This document shows positions 26,373 through 38,508 of a stretch of DNA of 64,000 nucleotides, piece after piece. The position numbers were made by a program, and so were the translations under genes. The notes under the pieces are model-generated. The model was given only the letters and a program-made list of their open reading frames with translations. It did no database searches and was not told the origin of the DNA. The stretch covers positions 1-64,000 of IMG/VR virus record IMGVR_UViG_3300017780_006957. One strand, given 5' to 3'. This DNA is from a virus. The first letter of the stretch is position 1. Every line of letters begins with the position of its first letter.

Positions 26373-26830
26373 AGTGACACTAGTATGCGCTACAACCCTT
26401 ATAGAATCAAGGAAAATCGTAAAAAAGTTAAAAAAACAAAAGAAAATAGAAATTTAACTTGAATAATCCACTATCATTTTCCCATCATCTCTTATTATCC
26501 CCTGCTGTTTCTTTTGTTTCCTCTATATTATCTCTTATGTTTACTGTATAGGGATGGTGTGTGTAACCCTTATTCCATAAGGGATTGTGGGGTTTTTACG
26601 AAAGAGATTTCGTGAAGATGGAGGGGGTGAAACGAGACCTAAAACAAGGTAAAAATTGATTAAAAAACACACAAAAATACACCCTAGTACAGATACTTTC
26701 AAATAAACTCTGCATATGAAGTCAATTCACAGATGGAATAGTTTGGAAATAGCTTTCCGTAGTTTCAAGCAATTTATATTTTTAATATATAATTTACAGC
26801 AATCCTTTACAATTACATGTAATAATATGT

Positions 26831-27130
26831 ATGAAAAGATTAACTTCTATCAAAGTGTTAGACCATAAGGTAAAAATTGAATACATGGAACACATAGATA
26901 ACTGGGGAGAATGCGATTCAGATCGCCTTATTATTCGCCTCTCTAATGAGTGCTTAGAAGACGATAGAATCCATTACGCTACTTTACTGCACGAAGTGAC
27001 ACACTTGATCTTGCGGCTCTCTGGAGTCGCTTATATGGAAGCAAATGACGAGGAAGCTTACGTTAGGTGCATTGAGAATCTACTTATACCTTGGGTATTG
27101 AAGAATCAAAACATTCTTGGCCCGAATTAA
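26831..27130 (+). CDS. Putative zinc metallopeptidase (HExxH)
   Basis: TLLHEVTH...EEAYV. Confidence 0.65.
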   Translation: MKRLTSIKVLDHKVKIEYMEHIDNWGECDSDRLIIRLSNECLEDDRIHYATLLHEVTHLILRLSGVAYMEANDEEAYVRCIENLLIPWVLKNQNILGPN

Positions 27131-27509
27131 TTTCTCCTTTTAAGTAATCGACGGCTTTTAATAAGATTTTATAATCATCATTGAATGCTCCTAGTGCTCT
27201 ATTGCATTTGTGGCATAGCCAACCGCGAAACTCTTTTGTTTTATGGTCATGATCTAAGACCCAAGATCCCCTTATTGCTCCACCCTTGCCTTTGGATTGT
27301 TCGTTATTTAATCCACAGATGGGGCAAACATAATCTTCATTTGGTTCTTTTATAGTCCTTCTTAGGGATCGACTTACTATTGATAATTCATTAGAGCATT
27401 TCTTACATCCAGATCTGAGGTGTTTTGCCCCGCTATTTCTCGCAAAACAATTCACAGGCAAAACCTGAAAACATTTACTGCATGTTTTTGTTTCATCAGA
27501 CTCAATCAT
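27084..27509 (-). CDS. Endonuclease VII-type (HNH-like) nuclease
   Basis: CPICG...LDHDH...RGWLCHKCNRALG. Confidence 0.85.
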   Translation of the reverse strand: MIESDETKTCSKCFQVLPVNCFARNSGAKHLRSGCKKCSNELSIVSRSLRRTIKEPNEDYVCPICGLNNEQSKGKGGAIRGSWVLDHDHKTKEFRGWLCHKCNRALGAFNDDYKILLKAVDYLKGEINSGQECFDSSIPKV

Positions 27510-27966
27510 GTTCTTTCCTTACCATTTTGTCTGCTATGGATATCAAATCAATAGTGGGAATAATGGTCATTAGGTCTAGTCTTGTTTTTCTCGCATAGAG
27601 TTTATAAACCTGTGGCTCCATAGATACTTCCATCACCATATCGTCTATAATTTCTTGAAGTTTCTGCCTTGAAACTATAACCCAATAGCTTCGCGTTTCG
27701 AAAGCGATGTAATCTGCCTGACCATATAGCCATCCCTTTTTACCATTGACGTTTTTTAATTCAATATAATGAATCCTATCTGTAGGATGTTCATCAGATC
27801 TGCGAAATTTTTTCATCGCTTTAACATCATATTTGATATTACCATTGGCAACATCCCAATGTTCAAAGATGTTTTGATCTCTAGTCGCCTCAATTGGATT
27901 AGGTAATATGGCTGCAAAACGCTTTTCAGCTATTTCTCCATATTCATAAGATTTGGCCCATTTCAT
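27502..27966 (-). CDS. PD-(D/E)xK-like nuclease
   Basis: AEKRF...EHWD...YDVKA...IELKNVNGKKGWLYG. Confidence 0.6.
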   Translation of the reverse strand: MKWAKSYEYGEIAEKRFAAILPNPIEATRDQNIFEHWDVANGNIKYDVKAMKKFRRSDEHPTDRIHYIELKNVNGKKGWLYGQADYIAFETRSYWVIVSRQKLQEIIDDMVMEVSMEPQVYKLYARKTRLDLMTIIPTIDLISIADKMVRKEHD

Positions 27967-27995
27967 AATTGATTAAGGTAGCAAGAGGTTTTTGC

Positions 27996-28367
27996 TTATT
28001 TTGCGATGATTTCCCAAAGGGTAGTTTTGTATTCTCTCACAATCGCGTATTGTTTTGTTTCAAACAACTCTTCTGGAAGGTAATGAGTTTTTTCTTCTTT
28101 GCCATTCCTAGTGAAGCCTTCAATCACATGGCAATTGTAACCGTCAAGCATATAAAAGCCTTCTTCATCTTTCAGCACTGGAAGCTTCTCACCAGCCTCA
28201 TATTCTACTTTTGTATAGACGTCTTGAACAGTGATTTTTTCCTTCAACGTGTGTTCAGAAAAGGCATTTGCCTGTGTAGTCTTGACTTCTGTTTTGATTG
28301 GCTCAAGGACAAGAGCTTCGTTTTTGAATTGCGGAGCGGTGGTTGGTGTATTGAGGAGCGTTTTCAT
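27996..28367 (-). CDS. Hypothetical protein
   Basis: 123-aa ORF in operon orientation. Confidence 0.6.
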   Translation of the reverse strand: MKTLLNTPTTAPQFKNEALVLEPIKTEVKTTQANAFSEHTLKEKITVQDVYTKVEYEAGEKLPVLKDEEGFYMLDGYNCHVIEGFTRNGKEEKTHYLPEELFETKQYAIVREYKTTLWEIIAK

Positions 28368-28429
28368 ATAGTTAGATTAATTGATCTTTTAAAAATCAAC
28401 AAGAAGAAATTTGTAATGGATAAACTTCA

Positions 28430-29086
28430 TTAAAAAGTATATTTTAATGTGTCGATATCCTTCTCAAACACTTGTTTGACGATTTCTTTGGTGTTATTAT
28501 TGAAGTAGTCCTGATAAAATTTGTGATTGGTGCTGTTTTTATGAGGAAGTTCTGGCTGAATGTGGGAAATATTATACTCTTTTAGCATTTGCGCGAACTC
28601 TTCTTGTAGATTTTCGAATCTCAATATCTCTTTTGGAGGATAAAATCCCTCCATCCATTGAGTTTGTTTGTGTGAAGCGATGAAATTAGGATCATCTTCG
28701 TAATCTTTTAGCAGTTCACAGAAAACTTCAAAAGTCATTTCTGTTTTAATATTATATAAACGCCCCAAATCATTTTTTAGTGCAAAATAATACATTGAAA
28801 CCGCCCGATCCCAAGGATTCCTTACTATACAAAAAGAAAAATAATTAGCCATTTCTCTTTTGAGGACATTATAAACCTCATTTGGTTTGGCGTGAGTAGG
28901 ATCAAACCAACCTCTATAGAGTTTTTTGTCTGCTAACTCATGAAATCTTTTTTCATGTTTTTTAATCAAATTAAATTGCCCAAGATGCTCAGACATTGAA
29001 GTGCTGGCATTTTTGGGTATGCGATAAAATAGAAGATGAAAGATCCATCCTCCACCTCCCATTAATCTTGGCAAAAACTCTTCCAT
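28430..29086 (-). CDS. Sulfotransferase family 2 protein
   Basis: IPKNASTS (5'-PSB), VRNPWDRAVSMY (3'-PB), RFENLQEEF. Confidence 0.85.
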   Translation of the reverse strand: MEEFLPRLMGGGGWIFHLLFYRIPKNASTSMSEHLGQFNLIKKHEKRFHELADKKLYRGWFDPTHAKPNEVYNVLKREMANYFSFCIVRNPWDRAVSMYYFALKNDLGRLYNIKTEMTFEVFCELLKDYEDDPNFIASHKQTQWMEGFYPPKEILRFENLQEEFAQMLKEYNISHIQPELPHKNSTNHKFYQDYFNNNTKEIVKQVFEKDIDTLKYTF

Positions 29087-29215
29087 TAAACTTTTTTATA
29101 CCTATCCTTAGCCTTATTCAAGGAGAGCGCGAAATTAAGCTGCCCAATGGTCCACGAATCACATAGAAAAGTTTTACCCTTAAACGTATACTTTTCTTGT
29201 TTCATTTGTTTTAGA

Positions 29216-30139
29216 TTAATCATTTTGGTTATTTAGTTTATTAAAAATATCTTCTGCGTGTTTTTGATCTAATGCCGTCCATCCCTTAATACCCCATTGA
29301 TTATTAGACGGTGGGAATTCTGCTGGTGGCATATAAACTCCAGCCATAGTCATGCCATTGTGAGATTGAATTTTAATTACCTCCCAATTAATGCTGTTTG
29401 AAATCCTGCTTTTACCAGAAGCGATAGCGAGATTATTATCGCGGCGAATGATTTGATAATCATAACCATTTTTTGCGTATTCAGTTAATTCTTTCATGAT
29501 TTATTTTCTATTTATTTAATATTTGCCACCACTCTTAAATGAGTGATACAATGCCCAAATAGTAACACATGCTCCAGTAAGAAACAATGCCCAAAATGTA
29601 ATAAAAGCTTGAATAGTATTTATGATAAAGTCAATCATGGTTTCCATAAGTTCAGTGTTCTCAAGAATGCTTCGGCGCGTTCCTCGGCTGGTGCGGATAC
29701 ATCGTGATCCAGCGCGACTAGATACAGCCCATATCCTCCAGTTTCATTGTAGCCAGATTCCCTGTTCAACGCGCCCTCCGCATCGTGCATCGCGTTAAGG
29801 TCATTGAGGTAGTCGGGTAACAACTTGATTATTTTAGGGTGTCGAATGTCATTCATGCGGTATCCAGTTCCGCTTGTTTTATTTGGTGAATACACAAATG
29901 TATTTGCACCGTCTGATTCAATCCTCCACCCACACGCTTCCGCGATGGCGATTCTCTGTTGTTCAGGATTCATGATTACTATAAGTTAAAAGTTGTTCAA
30001 GCCAGTCACCCGAAAGTAATTCCAGCGGATAAGTTTCTTTGTTTTCCAGATTTTTAGATCTCCAATGGTCCTCGAAATCTTCCAGAATTTTAAGTTGTTC
30101 AAAAATAAATTCGTCTAGTGTCAAGTATTGTGTTGGCAT
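29216..30139 (-). other. Block of small hypothetical CDSs (29216-29497, 29635-29973, 29963-30139)
   Basis: Co-oriented ORFs; 29635-29973 carries the LPDYLNDLNAMHDAE phage motif. Confidence 0.6.
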
Positions 30140-30143
30140 ATTA

Positions 30144-30614
30144 TTAAAGTTTATAAATAACAAAGTGAATATCCGCAAATTGATTCTCAATATATTCAAG
30201 AATCGAATGAACGATACTCCATTCTCCTCCCGCTAATCCACATCCCATACCGTGTGGTATGGCTAAAATATACGGCCTATCGTCTTTCGAATCAAGAATA
30301 AACTCACAAATTCTCCAGATCCCATCGTGGATAAAATCGTATTGACAATTTCGTTTTAATGGATTTCCATTATTGCCAATGGCTATCTGACCATAGAGAT
30401 TATAAATTGTTTTATTCTCTTCTTCATCCGAATATGTAAAAAATCCCAATTTAAGATTATCGCCATATAAAGATTCACAGTCAGCTTTGTAAGCGTTTGG
30501 ATATTTGATTTTAATTTGTTTGGCTATTCCTGCGCCGAAAGTATGATAAAGATTACAGCAATGAACCATACCATGCCATTCACCGTCGAAGATATTTTTA
30601 TTAATTAATTGCAT
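30144..30614 (-). CDS. Macrodomain (ADP-ribose binding/hydrolase) protein
   Basis: MVHCCN...FGAGIAKQIK..YP and GMGCGLAGGEW. Confidence 0.85.
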   Translation of the reverse strand: MQLINKNIFDGEWHGMVHCCNLYHTFGAGIAKQIKIKYPNAYKADCESLYGDNLKLGFFTYSDEEENKTIYNLYGQIAIGNNGNPLKRNCQYDFIHDGIWRICEFILDSKDDRPYILAIPHGMGCGLAGGEWSIVHSILEYIENQFADIHFVIYKL

Positions 30615-31140
30615 ATTGTGAGTGATTTGAAAACCATTCTGGAATAGCTCTTTTTGTCCATTTGGCAAACGGAGCTTTATCACAGATATAATATAAACGA
30701 TATTTTTCGACTACAGATAATGAATCAAATGCTGGATGATGACGACAGTTTTGATCTGCTGCGATAGCTACAGGAAACTCTAGAAGATCTCCGTCTGGTA
30801 CTTGGGCTTTATTGAGATTATCTACTACCCAGTTAATAAAAGGAGCGACAAAATGTGGATTATAACCACGAAAAAGTCTTTCTTCTTCTAGAGCAATAGT
30901 ATGATCTACTAGCCAAAACATATTAGCTAGTGTTTTGCGCGTCCAAATACTAGACGGATGGTTCCAATGTGAATACTTACGAACGGTTCCTGCTTTTGTA
31001 TGTGGAGCAATCTCAAGATCTTTAATAAGAAAACAATTAGTAAGCATTTGAACACTTTCCAAAACCATCTTATTGATATGAGCATTGCACATTTGCTGTG
31101 CAGCAATAACAGGATTTTTGTCGATAACGAAAATATTCAC
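30601..31140 (-). CDS. Pyrimidine-dimer DNA glycosylase (DenV-like family)
   Basis: MNIFVID.NP..AAQ..C..HINKM.LES.QML and HWNHPSSIW. Confidence 0.75.
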   Translation of the reverse strand: MNIFVIDKNPVIAAQQMCNAHINKMVLESVQMLTNCFLIKDLEIAPHTKAGTVRKYSHWNHPSSIWTRKTLANMFWLVDHTIALEEERLFRGYNPHFVAPFINWVVDNLNKAQVPDGDLLEFPVAIAADQNCRHHPAFDSLSVVEKYRLYYICDKAPFAKWTKRAIPEWFSNHSQYAIN

Positions 31141-31160
31141 GGTCTATTTATTTTTAATGA

Positions 31161-32565
31161 TTAAAAAGGAATGTCGTCTTCTTCCTGTTCTTGAATAGCA
31201 GTGATCTGGGTTTCCTTCTTGGGTGCGGCTTTTTCTTGCTTGGGCTTCTTACTGGAATCTCCAAGTTCATTTTTCTCAATCAGCCAATCAGCTACTTCTA
31301 CAGAGCAGAGAGGCAGAAGTCCGTCTTCTGCATCTTCGGAAGTGATTAGTTTCGCTTGACTCTTGGGGAACCAAATAAGATTGTCTGTTTTTTCAGATGC
31401 ATTCTTTTTTTGTTCTTTCTTGAATCCGTATGCTTTTTCTGTTTCGTGAGCGAGGTATAGATTAATTGTCATGTTTTGATTGTATAGAGGTTTGAGTCAT
31501 TGTCAATATTTTATTTCTCCCAAACATTAACTACCATCCCTTTGCCCCTAACGCAATATTCAGTATTATCAAGGTCTATTCCGTTGTAGTGTACGGAGCA
31601 AAGGTAATCAACACCATTTGGTCCTTCGGCAATACAGATCTTTAACAATTTGGGATCAAAGGTTTCGGCTTCAAAAGTATCACCAAAAATGGTTCCTTTT
31701 TCGTATGAATTACATTCCATTATTTGTTCTGGGATATCATCGTATTGAACTTCTGATTCTAAATGTTCGATTATATTTTCATGTTTTTCGATAAAGTCTT
31801 GAAATTTTTCGCATAAGATCTCTTCGTAAGATCCATCGTCTTCGACCTTATCAACGGTAATAAAACAAGAATCTAAATCTGGTCCAGTAAGATGACAGAA
31901 AATGTCTTCATGATCGTCCCAATAGGACGCTTCACCATCTTTAATTAAGAAATTAAATTCTTCTGGAATTCCTTCGAAATCCTCTGGATTGCATAAATAT
32001 TCTTCAATCGTAAAATCTTCTTCATTTTGTTTTTGAAACCAAAATGAAAAACTATCTTCGTTCAAAGCGACAAAAACGCTTTCTACTCCGTGACCGCTAA
32101 GTCTTACTGTGTATTTATTCATGATCTTTTGTAAAATATAATTCTTTTTCTTCAAATAACTCTTTGACGGTATCTTCGGGAAACGTCTGATGAATCAATA
32201 TCGTCTTGAAAGCGCCAACCCAATCATCGATGGTTGCATCCCAGTTTAAGGTTAACTGTAAAGAATCATTGAGTCTATAGCCTTCAACTTTGATCGTAAT
32301 TTTATTGTCTTTATTTGGTATCATAATCACGGTTTTGAATGCCAACTAGCTGGTCTACTAGATCGGCCAGTGATTGATCATCTAGTAATACCATATCGGT
32401 ATATGGTTTTCCTTTTAAACATTCCCACGCAAGAATCAGCCGATTTTTGAATGAGCGATTTTGTGGATCGGTTTTAAACAATGAAATTTCTGTGCCGAAT
32501 CCATGATCATGCTCGACCCATAGACCTTCACTACCGCACTCACATTTAAAAAATTTACCTTTCAT
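31161..32565 (-). other. Block of hypothetical CDSs (31161-31472, 31511-32122, 32115-32324, 32311-32565)
   Basis: Co-oriented ORFs; 31161-31472 ends in EEEDDIPF (SSB-tail-like); 31511-32122 is very acidic. Confidence 0.6.
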
Positions 32566-32566
32566 A

Positions 32567-32959
32567 TTATTTCAATAATGCTTCGATGATTTTTTCGGCG
32601 TTCTCCTGTATAGATGGATACTCAAGCGTGTTAAATTGCTCTCCATGTTTAGCGATAAATGCCTGCCAATCCGCGAGAGCTTCGGGAGTTAATGGACGTT
32701 TAGATGGTCGAGCTTCGCTTGCTTCACGAATAATTTTAATCAATTCGTCTTCTTTGTCTCTTGCAGCGGCAGAGATTTCTGATCTACTTGGGTATACTTG
32801 CTGTCTAATCGAAGTGCTTCCTGGAGCAACCTTGACAAGCCACCAACCTTCGCGCAATCCTTCGTAGGCCCAAATGTCACTTGCAGGAATATATCTACGG
32901 CCTACCTTTTTGTAAAGCTGATTATCTTGTTTATCTAGTATTCTATTATATGCTGTCAT
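32567..32959 (-). CDS. Hypothetical protein with a duplicated N-terminus
   Basis: MTAYNRILDKQDNQLYKKVGRRY; a homologous N-terminal remnant lies at 33687-33782. Confidence 0.7.
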   Translation of the reverse strand: MTAYNRILDKQDNQLYKKVGRRYIPASDIWAYEGLREGWWLVKVAPGSTSIRQQVYPSRSEISAAARDKEDELIKIIREASEARPSKRPLTPEALADWQAFIAKHGEQFNTLEYPSIQENAEKIIEALLK

Positions 32960-33033
32960 ATTTTATATTATTATATTAAAGTTCCTTTTAAAAATTTCTG
33001 TGCGTATGATGGATTGAGTGTATAAATAATTAT

Positions 33034-33714
33034 ATGGAAAATGATATTGAATTTGTGGATTGCTGTTCTAACTCAGGTGTATATAAAATTTCGTCCGCAG
33101 ATGGTTATTTTTATATTGGATCTACAATTAACATAAGCAATAGATGGAAAGAACATAAAAATAAATTATTAAACGGTACACATGAAAACACTCATATAAG
33201 AAATAGATTTAAAAAATATATCCAATTATGGAGATTTGAATTACTTGAAGAAACAGCCGCAGATTATGAATATATATTACAAAGTGAACAGCATTATTTG
33301 GATTTACTGTTTCATGATAAAAAATGTATGAATATAAATCCGTCTGCTTTTAAACCACCTTCTCAACTTGGTAAATCAAAATCTATATTACATACTGCTA
33401 GGATAATTTTAAGTAAATTGCAACGAGGTATTTATAAGAATGCAAATATAGCAGATGCAACTCTACAGTTATTAATAGATGATGAGGCTACAGAATATAA
33501 TGTGAGGGATATTTGCATTAAGTTATTGAATAAAGAAGAATTAAATATAGAGTTTAAAGGTACGCGTCAACGAGGTATTCCAAGACCTGACACAAGTGAA
33601 CGAATGAAAGGTAATACATTGAGAAAAGGTTGTGTTGGCACATTTACAGGCAGAAAACATACAGAAGAAACAAAAGAAAAAATGCGTCAATCAAGATTAA
33701 ATAGAGACAAATAA
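33034..33714 (+). mobile_element. Free-standing GIY-YIG homing endonuclease with NUMOD3
   Basis: SGVYKI...FYIGS...RWKEH, C-terminal KHTEETKEKMR; opposite strand to its neighbours. Confidence 0.85.
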
Positions 33715-33782
33715 TATTTTCGACCGACCTTTTTATAGCGAATTTGATTCATCTTATCGTAAATTCTTGTTTCTGCGTTCAT
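33687..33782 (-). pseudogene. Orphaned 5' end of the 32567-32959 gene
   Basis: MNAETRIYDKMNQIRYKKVGRKY, then runs into the endonuclease gene and stops. Confidence 0.7.
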
Positions 33783-34134
33783 ATTTTATATAAATTAATT
33801 CTCCCAGCGCCCAATATGCTCAATTTTCACACCCTTTGGTGGTAAAATAGATAACATATTTACTTTTTCAGTCAAATCATTTATTTCTTCTCTTAATTCA
33901 GAGATAAGCGCAAGTAAATGTTCGATTTCTGCTTCAAGTTGAATGTTTGTCATATTAATAACGATTTTTTAAACGAATAAAAACATTTTTATTTTGTTCC
34001 AAGATTTCATCGAGCATATTAAAACAATATTCTTTCCAAACTTCCTCTGAAATAATTCCACTTTGAACTTTAGCAAACATCTCGTAGTATTGGTCGTTTT
34101 CCATGTGAGGATTATGTCATTTATTGGTATTTTG

Positions 34135-34821
34135 TCAAGCTTTTCTGTGCTCTTTTATTTCCTCAATCGCCAAAATTGTAGAATAGCATTCAGCAAAGTC
34201 AACCCAATAACTCTCATGGAAATGTCCATGATATGCTTTCGACGGCTGGCAAAGTTTAATTAATTCGCTATGTTCAATACGCTCCTTATAGCATAAGTCC
34301 CAAAGCGTTGGATCTTTTTCGCACCAACCACTAATACCTTCTTTGTCAAAGGGTCCAATCCAACTTGGTGCAGAATGGGTAATAAGAACATCGCACTTTT
34401 CGACAAGTTCTGGTTTTAAAACAAACCCTTCATCGCTCCAATAGCTCAATCCTTCCTTACGCCAAGCTCGATCAATGCTTACTGCGCCACCAACAAACAA
34501 AAACTTTTCTCCGTTGATCGTTTCAGTATGATAATCGGGAAGTAGTTTAAAGTGGCTCAGGTCGATTCGTTCAGAACCATTGAAATACAGTGGATCATCG
34601 TGATTACCCCGAATCGACATAAAAACAATATGTCTCTCTTCAAAAAATTCATTCACACGAACGCATCCTTCACGTTCACCCTCTGGGGAATAGTGAAACC
34701 CCATACCTAAGTCACCAACACAAATCAATGTGCAGTCACGTAAATCGAGGTCAGTAACTTTTTTCATTAGGCGATTAAATGCGCCGTGAATGTCTCCGAT
34801 AATGTAAATTGGGTTGCTCAT
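34135..34821 (-). CDS. Calcineurin-like metallophosphoesterase
   Basis: GDIHG, VGDLG, GNHD, LITH and HGHFH motifs. Confidence 0.9.
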   Translation of the reverse strand: MSNPIYIIGDIHGAFNRLMKKVTDLDLRDCTLICVGDLGMGFHYSPEGEREGCVRVNEFFEERHIVFMSIRGNHDDPLYFNGSERIDLSHFKLLPDYHTETINGEKFLFVGGAVSIDRAWRKEGLSYWSDEGFVLKPELVEKCDVLITHSAPSWIGPFDKEGISGWCEKDPTLWDLCYKERIEHSELIKLCQPSKAYHGHFHESYWVDFAECYSTILAIEEIKEHRKA

Positions 34822-35010
34822 ATTGTAATGTATTTTTGCTCTTTTAAATAGTGAATGATGTCATTTTGTTGTGATTTTGTATAATACTTTTTGAGTTTGC
34901 GCCTTGTTTCTATTGTGGAATAATTCCTATATGCTTCTGCAAAGCTATAATGAAAAACAAAGCCATGTTTAGGAAAAATGACATTATCTCCATCAATACA
35001 ATAACACATT

Positions 35011-38000
35011 TTAACTGTCTTTAGTTGCAGAAAATCCCAATTGTTTTGCTGTTTTAGGTGATAGCGTTGCATACCACGATCCTTTCTTGCAAAGATCTCC
35101 TGCTTCACCTGTATGCTGACATGTCTTTGAAGTAAGATACTCAGCAAATCGAATCATACCTTCGACATAATCGTCTCCTCCATCGGCGTATACTCGTAGA
35201 GTTCCAAACTTTTCTTTGTATTGAGCGATCTTTGCTTGCTCGGGTTTGGTATGAATGTATAAGTCGCGCATGAACCAACAAGCGATTTTCGATGTAAGTC
35301 TTCGAACCTTCATTGAGAATTTTGCATCAATCTTTGCTCTTTGCTCTGGCGTCGGAGAAGCAAACTTACGAATCACAAATGTGCCTTTGTATGGATTAAA
35401 AATTGCGTTGACTTTCCAGTTAATAGGCTTCCACATTTTTTCATTGATCCAAGCTTTGATCTTTTTATTGGGATTAATTTTGCCCCGTTGAGTATTTTTA
35501 ATATAGTTATCAATACTGCCGAATAGATGATCTACGATTGTCTCCCATCCTTTAGGGCAATCATTCCAGCATCGATGCATTTGTGGTAGCAGTTCGCCAT
35601 CTTCTCCTGTATAGAAAAGGTTAGGATACTTTTTAAACAGATGTTGCTCAAAGTCATAATCTTCTTTGACTTCTGCTTCGATTTTTTCTTTTAGTTCTTT
35701 TACGGTTTTAGTTTTCATATGTTTTTTATGTTATTATTATTATATTAGTGTCGCCTTATTCGTAATCACTCAACCAATAGAAATCATAATTGCGATCATT
35801 TTTAATGACTTTGAATTGTGTGCATCCTTGTTCAAACCAATTCAATACCACTCTTTGAATATACGGCAAAGTTTCATCAAACCAACCCTCACTCAGCTTA
35901 CCTCCTTCATCTCTATATTCAATGATGGTTACAATATTTTCTGTGGTCATACTACTGCTTTTCAAACAAAGCTTTTAATCTCTCGTATTCAGAATGATCT
36001 CTGGCAATTTTTTGCTCGGCACGTTCTTTGTCATACTTTAATCGATTTTCGTATTCTTGGTCAGTTTCAAAGCGTTTACCTTGAAGCTTAAGATGATAAC
36101 CGCCTTCATAGCAAGCATCTTCGTAGATTTTTAAATCTGTCCAATCCTTTGAATATTTTTCTTGTAACGATTGAAGATATTCAATCGCTTTATCAATACT
36201 CATCTCGTCTAGATCAAGATCAGTAGCGTCTCTTCTGTGAATTAATTTTTCCATAGCGTTTCTTTAAGAATGTAGTATATCGGTAGTCCAATTATAATCA
36301 ACAACAAAATAAGCATTTCTGGATTTCTTTTGTGAAAGAACCATTCTTGCTTTAATTCATATTTAAAGTCTTCCCATTTCATAATTTATTTAAATCTTTA
36401 TCAAATAATCCAAGCACCCAATCCAATCTAAACTGAGCATTAAAACGATCACTGATGTAAAACAAATCAATAAGAATATCTTCTTCGCTCTTGTAGCCGT
36501 ATGTATCCAATGGACTTCTGTAATCTCCTCCAAAATAATCAGTAGCGGCAAGCCATTTAGATTGTGCAGCAATCACTCCAGCATAAGGATGAATAATCTC
36601 TTTTGCGTTTTCTAAAGTTATACCTTGACTATAAAAATTAGAAAACACATGCTTAGCCAAAAGTTTACAACGCACTTGTGCTTTCTTTTCGAGACGATTT
36701 TTAGTGCTATTCTTCATGGATACATTTTACTGTGTTTGTCGGCATTGTCAAGTACTTTTCCTTTGCAATATTCTTCGTGATGATACCCCCAATACTCACC
36801 ACAGTCTTGGCAGTGTGTTATAGGATTTCCCTCCCAATCTTTTAATGGAACATTTTCTAGGTTAAAAACCTTATCAATAGAATATTTAATAATCTTACTT
36901 TCAAGATCTTCTACTTGTATTCGCAGTTTAAGATTCTCTTCAATCAATAACTCTGGTTGATACTCACTATCATCCAATTCACCTAGAGCCTTTAGAGCAA
37001 TCATTCGGCATGTTTCTGCTTTACGATTCTTCTTGGTGATTTCCTCCAGTGCCTTGATGTAATGATCACAGTGACGCTTCATATCTTCCAGATCGTGCTC
37101 CTCTTTGGTCGGTTGATAGTTTGGCACGTTCTTCAAGATATGATTCAGCATTTGAGTAGTCGTAAGATCTTTCTTTGCTCCAAAGCCAGTATAATATCTA
37201 TAGGTCATTTCAATCTCACCTTGTAGAGTTTCCAATTCCATTTCCGAAATAGAACATGCGTCAACTAGTCGCTCGTTTATTTCTGATAGGCGTTTGATAT
37301 TATAGGCATCGCCATTAACTACTGCCTGAAGGTTGCTACAGCGAGATTCAAGTCGGTTAATTTCTTTTGCGAAATGAGCATTTGCTTCACGAAGGTTGGC
37401 TAGGTCGGCTGGCAGACATACCATATCTTTATGCTCTACAAGTCTATCGGCATAATCTTTTGCTTCTTGTAATTCAGTTTTTAGTTTTTTATTCTCAGCG
37501 GCGATCTCTTCAAGACGATCTGCCGCTTCTGCGATTGCTGCTGTAGCAACACCATCTTCGCAATAAATATCATGTAAAAGAATCTTCATCGCTCCAATAA
37601 TTGTTTCTGTGCTTGATCTCATATTTTAATTACCGTCTTCTGGTCCTGTTTGAAAGAGTGTATCGATTTTCTTTAGATTAGCAAGGATTGTTTCTTGACT
37701 CATCGAAATATTTCGAGCGATATAAATCTGATGACAAATATGAGTGAGTAAGACAAGTTGCTCTTCTTGTGTATAGTTATGAATCTGGGTTAGTTTTCCA
37801 GTTGGAAGTTTTGTGTGCTTTTTCATACCTTATTATAACAGAGTTCCTAATTAATTTTACCTTCCCAATCAAAACTCCACATATTGAAAAATGGCATGTC
37901 ACGTTCAGCGTCATAAGCCTCAATCTCTTCTAGCCAAACATATGTCGAAGAGGAATTAAGTTGAGTTTTACGCACGGTATATTCCTGTCCAATGGCAAGA

Positions 38001-38119
38001 TACTTTTGATCGGTTATTACATTGGTATGCCATGCGTGTGTGCAAGGTTGAGTAAACGTAACTTTTTGCCCATCTTTCGGGAGTCCCATTCTTTCCTTAT
38101 CTTTTTCAAATATGCTCAT
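35011..38119 (-). other. Block of hypothetical CDSs (35011-35718, 35952-36254, 36379-36717, 36714-37622, 37626-37826, 37847-38119)
   Basis: Tightly packed co-oriented ORFs; 35011-35718 carries the QYKEKFGTLRVY phage motif. Confidence 0.6.
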
Positions 38120-38130
38120 GCTTTTAATAG

Positions 38131-38508
38131 TTAGGGATTCTCAAAGATGTTGCCAAAGAAGATGCCGATTACCTCGATATCATCCTCGCCCCAAATTCCC
38201 CGAATATCATTTTTATTAATCCAAGTTAAAAAACACCCTTCATCAAAAATCACTTTACCAACAAAGTTTTCATTTACATATTGGTCGGATGTCGCTTTTA
38301 CAATATCTCCTTCGTAGATGTCTATACCATTCTTATCTTTTAGACCAGTGCATTGTTGAACGAGATATTCATTGTCAGGGACTCTAATCATATCATTTTC
38401 TACAATATCCAAAAAATATAAATGACCATCAAAATCAAAAAAACATTCATCTTTTGTAAAGAACTTCTCTGAGGTCTTTGACCATACTCTAAATTTTAGT
38501 TTTCTCAT
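38131..38508 (-). CDS. YopX-family protein
   Basis: LKFRVW...QCTGLKDKNGIDIYEGDIV...EVIG. Confidence 0.85.
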   Translation of the reverse strand: MRKLKFRVWSKTSEKFFTKDECFFDFDGHLYFLDIVENDMIRVPDNEYLVQQCTGLKDKNGIDIYEGDIVKATSDQYVNENFVGKVIFDEGCFLTWINKNDIRGIWGEDDIEVIGIFFGNIFENP

